Shown here piece by piece: positions 53,955 to 64,000 of a stretch of DNA of 64,000 nucleotides. Source of the stretch: Marsupella aquatica (lineage: Eukaryota > Plantae > Marchantiophyta). How positions within the stretch are numbered: position 1 is the first letter of the stretch; every line of letters begins with the position of its first letter. The notes under the pieces were generated by a model, which did not search any database, was not told the origin of the DNA, and saw nothing but the letters and a program-made list of their open reading frames with translations. Where the stretch lies: assembly GCA_973895155.1 (NCBI GenBank), contig OZ316893.1, positions 1,984,860 to 2,048,859 of the forward strand. Reading direction: 5' to 3'. The position numbers and the translations under genes were made by a program.

Positions 53955-54407
53955 GGGGGTCTCGACCCCGTCATCCTGACACCCGGTCGCCCGGTCCCCG
54001 ACCCCGGCCCCGACCCGGACCCGGCCCAGACCTCGCCCAGTCCCCCCACCCACTCACCCGGCCGGCCCCGACCCCGACCTGGCCTCGACTGCAAACCAGG
54101 GGACCAAACCAGGGGACCAAACCAGGGGACCGGCTTGCTAGACCGGGGGAGTCCAGGGGACCCCGGGACCGGGTCGGAATAGAGTTCGTCCCGGTTTGAA
54201 ATGATAGACAAGTTGTCATGTTGTCGGACACTACAACTTGTCATTTGTAGGCTCCAAAAGAGGTCAAATGTCAGATATTTGCTTCGGCCGGCTGGGAAAG
54301 GTCGGGACAGGCTAGGACAAGGTCAGGCCAGGTCCGGGCGGGGTTTGAGTCGGCCGGGGCCAGGACTACCCGGTGGGTCACATGTCGATGTCAGGGTCCA
54401 GACCCCT
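53955..54407. mobile_element. GC-rich MITE-like segment with imperfect terminal inverted repeats
   Basis: GGGGGTCTCGACCCCGTCATCCTGACA vs the reverse complement of TGTCGATGTCAGGGTCCAGACCCCT. CCCGAC/GTCGGG subterminal motifs are mirrored. Confidence 0.5.
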
Positions 54408-56449
54408 CATTTTTTGGAAAGTCCAAACCATTTGTGAGACAAGTCCAAACCAGGGAGTTTGGGAAAGTTTGGAATGGCCAGGGAATAACTCGGAATATGC
54501 GTGAAATGCATTTTTGGGCCATCATTTGATGATTTTACGTGTCGGGCAAGGCGTCAAGTTGCTCATCCGGTCAAACCGGGCAATAAATGCTGTCTGTTGT
54601 GCTTGCTCCATTACCGGGTGGCCGCCAGTAGCCGGTAGGTGCAGATCAACATGTTTTTTAAGGTTTTTACTTTTTTGCCAGAGTGGGGAATGTCCATTGT
54701 GTGAAGGCGAAGATGCTCAAAACATTCTTTATCTGATTATTTTCCTGACCATCAGATCACTCTACATTTAAGGATGACTGGTAGATGTTGGCTAATGAGA
54801 TAGAAGAATACTAGCAAATTTTAGCCAAAAATGGTGAAGCTTTTCTTGGGAGGTGGAATTTGGTGAATTTTTGCTACTAAAAAAAAGGTTGGTGCAGATT
54901 CTGCATGCACGAGTCACAATAAATGATGTCTGTTGTGCTTGCTCCATTAGTCTGTGGCTTTTGGTAGGTGTAAGTTCACTGAGGAAAAAGGATGAAAATA
55001 AATACCTAAAACATTCTGAGACTATGGTCCTGCAGCCCATGGGCTTACAGTAGAGCACAAGAGTGGGGTGGCATAGGTGCTGGGTTTGAATCTTGCCTAC
55101 GACGTGAGCTTTTCAACACTCAACCCCACCAAAAGTGGGGTTAAGACCCTCTACTTAGAGACACTTATAAGTTTTTTTTAATCCAACAGAGTTTACACAC
55201 ACAATTCCCCAAAAGGAGTTTAGACTCCTCTAGGGACACTTAGAATTTCTTTTGATTCCAGCAGGGGAACCGGCTATAGCAATTTGTCACACCATTCTAG
55301 GTAGTGTTAGAGTGTATCGTACTATCTAGATCTGTATAATTATATTTAATATGTATACTATATGAGCCAATAAGATTCTGTTAGGTTTGAGTGAGAGGGT
55401 AGTTCTCTCTTGTGAGGCATCGAAAGGTTATCTTTCGATGTTGAGCCTTGGAGGGAGGAGCTCGCGTTGTGGCTATGGTGGTTGGGGCTCTTTCTATGTA
55501 GCGTGGATTCCTTGAGTGCAAGGTGCGTTGGTTTGACATATGTGTGTGATCGGATCAGACGGGATTGAGTGCATTTTGGCGTCAATCATGGTTCGATTCT
55601 ATTGAGATTATTGTGGGTTTTGGACATGAGTTTCACTTGTACTCCATTCTCTTGTGTTTGTGATGTGGCAGTGTGACTATGTCTGGATGTATGTGACAAG
55701 TAATGTATGTTGTGTAACGATGTGTATGCGCACGACAAGTTTCTGGTCAACATTCACTACAATCCAAAAGAACTAGAGAACACTATTAAATGTTGAACAT
55801 GTGACTCATAGAAGTGAGTACTAAAGCTCCGTCCCTGTCACCCAAACAAACAATCCTTCCTCCCTGCCTACCTTCCCCTCTCCTCCATTCAGGGAGACTA
55901 TTTTCTGGAAACATTAATTGTTTCTGGACCTTGTGCTGCCCATCTTAGTCCGCCTAGTCCGCCTGCTGCCCGATAGAACCTGAAATCACCAATTCTTCAA
56001 AGTGTCACTAGACTTGTTTGAACCCCACTTTTGGGTGGGGCTTGTGTAAAAGAAGTTTTCCATGCAAGGGGATTCAAACCGGGGACTTCCCTCTCCCCAT
56101 TCAAGCTCTCTACCATTCAACCCGAGTCTGCTGGACAACAATACAATACTTGAACAGCAGCAAGAGTACATTTTGGACAAGCAACAACAGCAAGAGGCGG
56201 GGTTGTTGGATATTGCAGAGCAGCGGAGGGAAAACAAGAGCTCGTTGATTTTTTTGCATGTGCCTCTATTTCTCTTAATTCCAAAAAATTATTCAAGGCG
56301 CCATAGAAATACAAAGGGCACCCCAAAAATATCAATTCAGTTCAATTAATGTTTGACGGCATTCTCCAAAGCTTTGCCTGCTGCTGCACAAGAATGACAG
56401 CCCTTCTCGCCCTGTTAAGTCCAAATTTTCCATAGTTCCAATTGGACAA

Positions 56450-57060
56450 ACATATCTCAATAAATTATAATGTACCTTAGAGCTGGGTAATCAGCTTCTT
56501 TCTGCTAACATTCTGGAACTCACATCCTGCCATCTGTTCAGACTCAGCCTAGGCAGCTGTGGTTGCTGATTTGATTTAGATCCCACCTTCCCAATCATCA
56601 CATGATTACAAGATGGAGACCACAATGGCAAACTCAGCAGCAACTGAATGTCAGCAGGCTTTGAAGATTTCATGAGAGACTTCATCTTATTCCACAATTA
56701 ACAAATCCCTTTCCACCAAACCAATCTCCCTCTAGGTAAGGTTTGACATATGAGGACGACCCAAGAATAATCATCACACCCCCATTTATGAATGGACATC
56801 TCCTTCATCAGTTCTTGTAAAAAAAATTGTAAGGGATGATCCCCATTTTGAATGGACATCTCCCTAATCCGTTCTTGTAACAAAATTTGTAAGGGATAAT
56901 CCCCATTGGAGATAGCAAACATAATAAACCTGGCAGCAAGTGCAGCCATGTGATGCTCAATTGCAATCAATCCCACCCCTCCTTCTTTCTTATTCTTAGA
57001 GAGAATACAAAAATTAATCCGAGATGCTGAGCCAAAATGTCTTGACCTGCCCAAAGAAAA
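56450..57060 (-). pseudogene. Degraded LINE ORF2 fragment, same family as 23046-27042
   Basis: RINFCILSKNKKEGGVGLIAIEHHMAALAARF...HKWGCDDYSWV...WNKMKS aligns with RINFTLLSLPKKEGGIGLISFEHQVYALSARF...HKWGVLDDSWV...WNKMKS. It contains an in-frame 60-bp duplication (56791-56910). Confidence 0.88.
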
Positions 57061-57373
57061 TTGACCAACTCCATTTTGAGAGTACTAAGATAAATAGAGA
57101 TAAAGACAAAAAAACAATTAATACTTATGAAACAAAGATGCTTTTGTTCATCTTTGCCTCCATCCCTTTTTTTTCACCCTCACTTCTATTTTGTCTTTAT
57201 TTAGAGGCACTCTTAGTTTTGTCAAATATAGAGTCAATGTCAGTTTTGTTAATCTTTGTGCTCCCATTCCTCTTTTTGGGTCCCCTCCATCTTCACTTTT
57301 CAGTGTTGTCCTATTGAAAGTTACAATCTAGAGGCTTCACTCTAGATCTTGAAAGTAGTTTTGCATTGCGCTT

Positions 57374-58966
57374 TGTTAGTAAGATTTAACTCCAGGTCAA
57401 TACCTCAGACCTGGAGTTACTATAAACCAGAGCGACCCCATCAGAATATGCTTTAAGTCGCGGAACTCGACTACCTTACACTTAGCTCCGGCGTCGCTGA
57501 CTCCGACGCCGGGCTCCCTTATGGTCCAGGCCCGGATAGGCCATCCGGGGAGGACTTAGCATGGGGAGACTTGTGGGCAATGAGACGTGGCACTGGTGAG
57601 GCAAGGGGCCAAGCTGGGGACACGAACTAAGGACTTGGACTAGCCTATGGCTGGTCGGGTCAAGGGGAAACGGGCTGGGCTCGAGGATGGCCGTCTGGAC
57701 CGTCGGATGGGCTTTGAGTCCTGAGGGCTTGGGAGTGAGCTCCTCTTGGGCACAAGGCCAATGGAGTTGACGCCATTGGCAGCAGACGCTTGGGGCGCAA
57801 GTTGTGGCCCGATCCGGGTTGGGCCGATCAGGGGCCCCGAGCGGTGATCAGATCTGAGGGCCTAGGCATGAGCACCGGGTTGGCCCGGTCACAACGGGCT
57901 AAGGCACTCCGCTTGCGGATGCCTATCAAGAAAGTTATGGGCGTTGCCAGTTGGTGGCGCGCCCACCATGTGCGATGAGATCCGGGTTGGGGGCCAAATG
58001 TTTAGGGACCAAAGCTGGTCCGGGGTGGCAGGTCTCCAGAAGCATATATGAGGGGAGTGATGTCTCCCTGGGGGCAAAGGGCGAGCCGAAGTCGTGAGCC
58101 GCGGTGGTCGCGACACTAAGGGAAACCGCCAAACGGAAATGGCGATATCTTCCCAACGGGAAGTCCGTTGGAGGACTTCTTAGGTGCGTTGGAAAGCTCT
58201 TGAGAGCTCAACTGGGTCTGGGGGTGCCATGGGTTCTTGTGGTTTGCAGGTGTTAGCTCGCCCGCTTGTCGAATCCTGCCGAACAACAGCCAAACCGCGT
58301 TCAGCCTCCCGAGGGAGCTTGCGTTGGGGAGGCAAGGCCAAGTAGGTATGGAGGCTGAGTCCCAAGGGCGCTCGGTCCCTAGACCATCAATGGGGCGAAC
58401 CGGGAGTGAATGTTAGAGTCGGGGCCGTTCTGGTCCCGGTGTGTTGAGACAAGCTTGGGACAAGCTTTAGGACAAGCTTGGGACAAGCTTTAGGACAAGC
58501 TACGCTATTTGGGCCATGTGCATGGCCTGAGGTCAGGGCGGTCAGTTGGTGATGGATAGGTACGAGGGGGAACCCGGGCCGCGCCCAAGGAAGGAGTTGT
58601 CCTGGACGGACAGTGGGCATGAGTTCTGGTTCCGACTTATGGCATCGGGAGGACCTATCGCTGACCTATTTACCAACGTCTGTTGAGCTTGAGTTAGAAT
58701 GCTAGATTGGGCGAGTTCTAGATCCGGAGGGGTTACTTACCGAGGTGCTTGGTTGTTTGTGCAGATAGTGAGGACCGTTGAGTAGCGGTCGGGTAGGTGA
58801 GCAAGTGCGGCTCCGTATGGGAGTGGCCGCCGGTGGTGCTAGAGGCACTTGGGTGCTTGCTTGAGGTATTCCATGGAGGTGTTCGGGCACCAAGGGCACT
58901 TAGGAGCAAGTGCTAGGATTGGTGAGGGCGCTGGGTGGCGAGGTCCACCACTGTTTACCACCAACA
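57374..58966. mobile_element. Possible solo LTR (GC-rich, TGTT...AACA ends)
   Basis: Begins TGTTAGT and ends ACCAACA, with a sharp compositional contrast to the flanks and internal GGACAAGCTT tandem units (58448-58501). The 5-bp flanks match only 3 of 5. Confidence 0.35.
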
Positions 58967-59475
58967 CCCTCGCCATGAAAGATAGCGGTCTCAACCTAGC
59001 TTGGATCCATCCTTTGACCGTTTCCTACATTCTTGTGCAATTCAATACGTTGAGCGGAGGCCTTGTCCCCCGGTGTTTGTCATCATGATATTTTTTAGAC
59101 ATAGGGTGTCTGTTGTGCTTCAGCGGGCACAGACATTCACTATTCTTCGTATAGATGAGGCTGTTGGTCGTAGGGTCTCTAGTAGAATTCATTTGTTTGA
59201 CCCTCCTATGCAGTTCACACCGGAGCTATACTAGGCTCTTCAGTTTGCTGATAAGTAGGCTTTGGGGTCCTAGTTTTGGGGTCTCGGGTAGTTCTTTGTT
59301 TCTTTGCTTCCTGGCCTTTCTTAGGCCCTTTGGATGCCCCCCCTTGATTGTGTCTTTTGCTTGAGGGATGGCCTTTTTTAGGCCCTTTGGTTGTGTCCCC
59401 CTATTGGATCTTTTGCTTGAGGGATCATGTCTCCCTCTTGAGCTACCTTTGTTTTTGGCAGTTTGAAATATAAAA
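58967..59475 (+). mobile_element. 3' fragment of a CRE/RLE-type non-LTR retrotransposon
   Basis: LAMKDSG...LDPSFDRFLHSCA...FFRHRVSVVLQRAQTFTILR resembles the C-terminus after the restriction-like endonuclease (PLAxExxG...RQRxSxxLQRxQA). A T-rich 3' UTR follows. Confidence 0.6.
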
Positions 59476-59531
59476 TCCATAAATACTGCAAGTGGATATC
59501 TAGGCGGGTGAGTGGAATTTAGGCGGAGCTG

Positions 59532-60061
59532 AAATTTTTGAAGCTGCTATATGGTGAATGCACATTTCAGATTTTGTCTTATTCAGATTTTTGTGTCATA
59601 TATTTTCATTTCAATCTGCCTTATCAAGGGGCAGCCTTTGTATTCTATACATTTTTAATTAATTTTTAGACCCCTTTAGTTTTAGGTATTCTAGAGTGTT
59701 TTGAACTTATTTTGGCAGCCCCCTTTCACAGTATGTGTTTTCTTAGAGATGAAACCAAAGGCTCCACCACCACGAGTGAGAAAAATGATGCTGAAGAACA
59801 TGAATGCATAGCCTCTTAAGTTCTCCTCATATTTTTCTTTCCTAGGTTTATGGTTTTCATTGAAAAGAGTGTCATTCATAAGGCACCCTTAGTGAAGTGC
59901 ACACATCGTAGCATCGTTTGACTGTACCTTTTCTTGGTCACTGTGCTTTTCTTGGCAGACACTTTACCTATATAACAGCGCTTCTATGCTCTCATATTTT
60001 ATTTACTTTCGGATCACTACAAGACAAAAAATAAAGCATGTTCCAGGATGAGCATGCTATG
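59532..60061 (+). mobile_element. Unclassified ~530-bp non-coding interspersed element (copy 3) with 12-bp TSD
   Basis: Perfect flanking duplication TAGGCGGAGCTG (59520-59531 and 60062-60073). The termini AAATTTTTGAAGCTGC ... GCATGTTCCAGGATGAGCATGCTAT are the same as in copy 1. Confidence 0.88.
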
Positions 60062-60291
60062 TAGGCGGAGCTGGGACGTTGGTAAATTTGGACCTGTTTT
60101 CGGGGATTGTTCACTTTATTTGTTTTCGGGGATTGTTCACAGTGGTCTCTCGTCCATGATATGCCCATGGTATCACTCTAACAGAACAGTACTCTGATAT
60201 TAGGGGACTAGATGACCGACCTGCACTTATCCAGGGTGCACTTAGACACGGTTTACTGTATTAGTTTAGGGCTTCGTTCTACTAACGGGAA

Positions 60292-60303
60292 ATTCCCGCC
60301 AAA
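60292..60303. promoter_or_regulatory. Overlapping E2F sites upstream of RPA3
   Basis: ATTCCCGCCAAA gives WTTSSCSS on both strands (ATTCCCGC / TTTGGCGG), about 450 bp upstream of a replication gene. Confidence 0.65.
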
Positions 60304-60649
60304 ATCCTCCCCTCTGCAGATCGCCCTTTTTTACTCTTAAAATTCTGCACTTCGAAAGGTCGCAAAGCCCACCATCGCTGAACCCAACTCCTCGATTCAG
60401 TGAATCCCGCACCGCATTGCGTTTTCTCTTTGCGTCTCAATTGGCCCATCCAGAGCTGATCTTGGCCCGATCGCTCTTGTGGTTCCAGTTTATACCCCCG
60501 ATGGACCGTTTTCTGTGACACTGATGTCTCTTTATCGATCTGATGTGAGACTGATACAATTCGCTGGGGAGTGGATCGTTGTGTGTCATTGTGTCTAATT
60601 CGAGTTTGGACCCAGTTGTTAAGTGTGTTGCTTCGTGGAGAGAAGAGCC

Positions 60650-60745
60650 GAATCCGAAAGGAAGGAGCTGAAGTCTCGTCGGGTGATTTCATTGAGCGAA
60701 TCTGAAAGGAAGGAGCTGAAGTCTCGTCGGGTGATTTCATTGAGC
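60650..60745 (+). repeat. 48-bp tandem duplication in the RPA3 5' UTR
   Basis: GAATC(C/T)GAAAGGAAGGAGCTGAAGTCTCGTCGGGTGATTTCATTGAGC occurs twice with one mismatch and ends 6 bp before the ATG. Confidence 0.95.
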
Positions 60746-60751
60746 TGAAAG

Positions 60752-61238
60752 ATGGACACGTTCACGTCGAATCCGGCATTGTTTGCGAATGCTGCGCTGA
60801 TGAAGGGGCTTCAGGGCCGAAGAGTGAGGACGGTGGTGAAGATTTTGCATGCGGATGGGGGAACTATTCAGGGCCAATCACCCGATGGGCTAACCCTCAC
60901 GGTTCGGCAAGTGGTGAAGAATGAAGAATTCTCAGCATTCGTGGAAGTCGTTGGTGTTGTGGATGGGGAGCTGTCTCTGCGCTGTGAAAAGTGTACCAAC
61001 TTTGGGGATAAATTCGGTACGACATCTTCTCTCAGTTTGTCTTGGCTGCGACCTCCATCTCTGTCCCTCAGTAGGTAGCACGTTCTATGTGACATGTCTA
61101 TCCATTTTTGGTCTGGAGAAGGGTTCTAGATAGCCACTTTTTTCTGATTCTTGTTGAGCCTTTTGTGTTGCAGATCTGTCGAATTACAACCGTCTTTGTG
61201 AACTGGCCAACAGTCAACACTCTGAGATTTTCATATGA
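60752..61238 (+). CDS. RPA3: Replication protein A 14-kDa subunit (109 aa)
   Basis: Exons 60752-61016 and 61174-61238 (GT-AG). The protein MDTFTSNPALFANAALM...GRRVRTVVKI...FVEVVGVV...TNFGDKFDLSNYNRLCELANSQHSEIFI matches the plant RPA3 OB fold. Confidence 0.93.
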
Positions 61239-62833
61239 GTACTGCAAGGAAAAGTCTGCTCTTCTGTCGAGAATAGTTTTGGGGTTAGTTCTGTCAACAG
61301 ATGTCGGTAGGCAATCTATGCCATGCGTTTCACATTGCAGTAGTTGTAGCTTGTAGCTTGTTCGTGAGAATGAGATCATACCTTGTAAATTTCTCAAAGT
61401 CCAGATTCCAACCTGATGTTGTCGAAGCTGACTGTTCTTGCATGACCTCGATCATGGGGAGTTACAAAAACTCAGGAGTTTTACTTACCAACGAAATCAG
61501 GTCCATTATGCCTTTTAAGTTTTGAATCATTTGCAGCCTCGTCTGTTGATGGTCGCTTCAAGTTTTGAAGTAGAATACCAAGAAGATGTGAAGGATTGGC
61601 GGGCGGTTCGTGATTCTAAGTACAACCTTTGTCTACAGCCTAAAATTTACCACCTGAAGTAATGAATCGTTTGGCAAACTAGAGCTCTGCGTTTCACGGA
61701 GTCTTTAGATGTTTCCTTTTTCGCAAGATTGTTTCGCATCGAAAGATTCGAAAGATTGTTTCGCATCGACAATTTGCATTGCATTTGGATGCGTGTCAGG
61801 TGCTAAGATAGATCCTTCAGATCATGCTCGACGGAACCACAGCAACACAGACAGTCCTCCCAACACACGCAGAGTGACCGATGGGTGATGTGTACAGTTT
61901 CTAATGATATGAAGGTTCTCCCTGACCTGATTTAACTCCACAGAAATTCGTTGAAATGTCTAAGTTGAACTTGATGGTAGTCATGGTGTAACCGGAAATG
62001 ATTCACTTAGCCTTCCACGAACGGGCAAATGCTCAAAACTTATTTGCAGAGACCCCACATCTCTGGCAGCACACACTGTCCCATCCAAGTTCTCGCATAG
62101 AATGAGGAAATTGGCAAATTGGTAAAATATTAGTCCATTGGCCAGTCCCGGATCTGAGTGCAAGGAGTGTAGTTCGTTGAGTATTACATCTACACCTCCA
62201 ACAGAGCCCCGGGTCTGCGCATTTATGAGCAAGTCCGAGTAACTAGAAACAGACATCACAGTTGTGGTAACTGACTCTTTATGGAATTCAGATCTGGACG
62301 TACAGACTCGCCACAGGACCAGGTTCTCGTCAAAAGGATGTCATCGGATCCAGACTTAAGCCTGTCTTCACCAGCACTAAAGGAAACTACTACTCAATTC
62401 ATCTTTACAATTCAGAACTATCTTAATCAATATGTTATGTCCTTGAGGACTTTGCTCGGCTCTCCATGTGAGAGGAGACTTTTGCCCATTTATGTGTGGA
62501 CCAATTAATGCTTCTCAATTCGTGGGCAAGATGCTAATCATTCTTGCGTCAATATACAAGGCTGACTCCTACGAAACCAGGGAAACCAGAATTTGAAGAC
62601 ATCAGCTCAGGCCCTAGTCGAAATGGACTCAATCCAGTTCTCTCTGGCGAGGAAGCTTTGCAGTAGCTTCCGAGACTTCTGAAGGGTGATCGCCAATAGT
62701 CACTTTCAGCAGCTGCACAGCTTAACAGGTCCTTTAAAACTGTTCTCCCCGATTCAATACGATGCAAAAATGCTAAATCTGATGGCCAGCAGGCAGCTAG
62801 CAAGAACCAGACTTCCAACCCTCAGGGTCAGGT

Positions 62834-64000
62834 CTATCGAGGGAAGGTGCCAGTCATCTTTACGTGATTAAGAGTTTGTGGCAACCCATATTGGGTGACA
62901 GCAGCATGGGCCCTCCTGAATCCATCTCCGTATACTCGGGAAGGATCCATAGCAATTTGATTCATGAAGAATTCTCCAAGTCGTTGCTGATCCACTTGAT
63001 TTCCTTTCTTCATGTCAGAACCTGATGACGAACCTGAATGGCCAATTTGAGAGTGGAGCCAGAGATGCGCCATAACTTGACAAATTCCCTCCTCCACCTC
63101 ACTTCTAAGATGAGGAAATGAACCTGCAGCACACCGACCCAAGTGAGATATCGACTTCCTTCGTTTTCCAGTCTACCACAAAATGAGCGAAAGGAATGAA
63201 CCATAGTTAGAAGACCTAGATCCTGCAGATATCATTATTCATCAAACCAATGCATAACTTTCATTCATTACACAATTTATTCTCCAGCAACTGAAATAGC
63301 GGATGATGCCCAACTGAATATTCCTTGTCCTCAAAGTCACTTATTGCAGAATCGAGCAACGACAATCAATTGAAAGACCACTCAAGTATGATCGAGACCA
63401 CATGAAGACTTGCAATGTACGACTACAGGTGAAGCTTGAAACTATATCACTAAAGAAAATAAGAGCATTACCATCAAGGCGCAGCCAGCCGTGCATCAAT
63501 TCATGCGCCAGGATTGATCCTGTCAGTAGACTGTGGTAATGACCATTTCAAGTAGTCAGAAAGAATCCATCCCACGCAAAAGCTACACTCGCTTTGATTC
63601 GAACCATGTTACTCGACCAGCAAAAGTAGAGGAATATAGGATAGACAACTGACATGGTCAACCAAAAAAGGACAACTATGCAGTGGCTTACGGACTGCAG
63701 TAGACTCTAGATTTGTACTGGGATATTTGCTACAAGGTTAAATTCTCAATTACGTCAAAAAGAATCTGATTACCCAACAAACGTTGTGTATCATCTGTTT
63801 TGCGGTTCTACAACAGTGCTTCAGAGATGATATCCCCGTGGTTAAGTAAGCACTGCATATTACATAACTTTGCTGGTTACGGATTCAGACAATCAAAAGC
63901 TTGGATGGTAGAAGCATGTGCTTCAACTTACCGTGGAAGACCATAGAGAACCAGAATAGCAGTGACTTCGCAATGTCGTACTAATTTTTGAGATTCTGTT
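62834..64000 (-). CDS. DA1: DA1/DA1-related ubiquitin-activated peptidase, 3' exons (partial)
   Basis: Exons 64000-63932, 63530-63472 and 63123-62834 splice in frame to give [32 protein letters not shown]...VEEGICQV...YGDGFR...TGTFPR*, including the HExxH zinc-peptidase motif. The exact paralog (DA1 or DAR) is uncertain. Confidence 0.93.

Noticed and set aside
60015-60030. CACTACAAGA as a CACTA terminal inverted repeat (also at 48684)
   Set aside because: It lies about 45 bp inside the element's end and faces outward. The TSD defines different boundaries and there is no partner TIR.

Overview
Eukaryotic nuclear DNA from a land plant. A bryophyte-grade plant is my inference, from the gene sequences and the repeat types. 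Four host genes are supported: a three-exon MDM35/TRIAP1 twin-CX9C gene (-), an intronless DET2 steroid 5-alpha-reductase (-), a two-exon RPA3 (+) and the last three exons of a DA1/DAR peptidase gene (-, running off the right edge). The rest is mostly transposon-derived. It includes a young 5'-truncated L1/Tx1-type LINE (14-bp TSD, A-tail, inactivated RT), a Mutator-like foldback element with a 10-bp TSD plus shorter relatives, and degraded LINE, CRE-like, CACTA and LTR relics. The most notable unexplained items are (i) a clean 61-nt miRNA-like hairpin downstream of a TATA box and 143 bp from the LINE insertion, (ii) a three-copy non-coding element (530-680 bp) with fixed ends, a terminal hairpin and flanking duplications of about 4-7, 12 and 115 bp, (iii) a 60-bp tandem array with an internal palindrome, and (iv) spliced-looking but non-coding islands. 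No database searches or folding programs were run; all alignments were done by eye.
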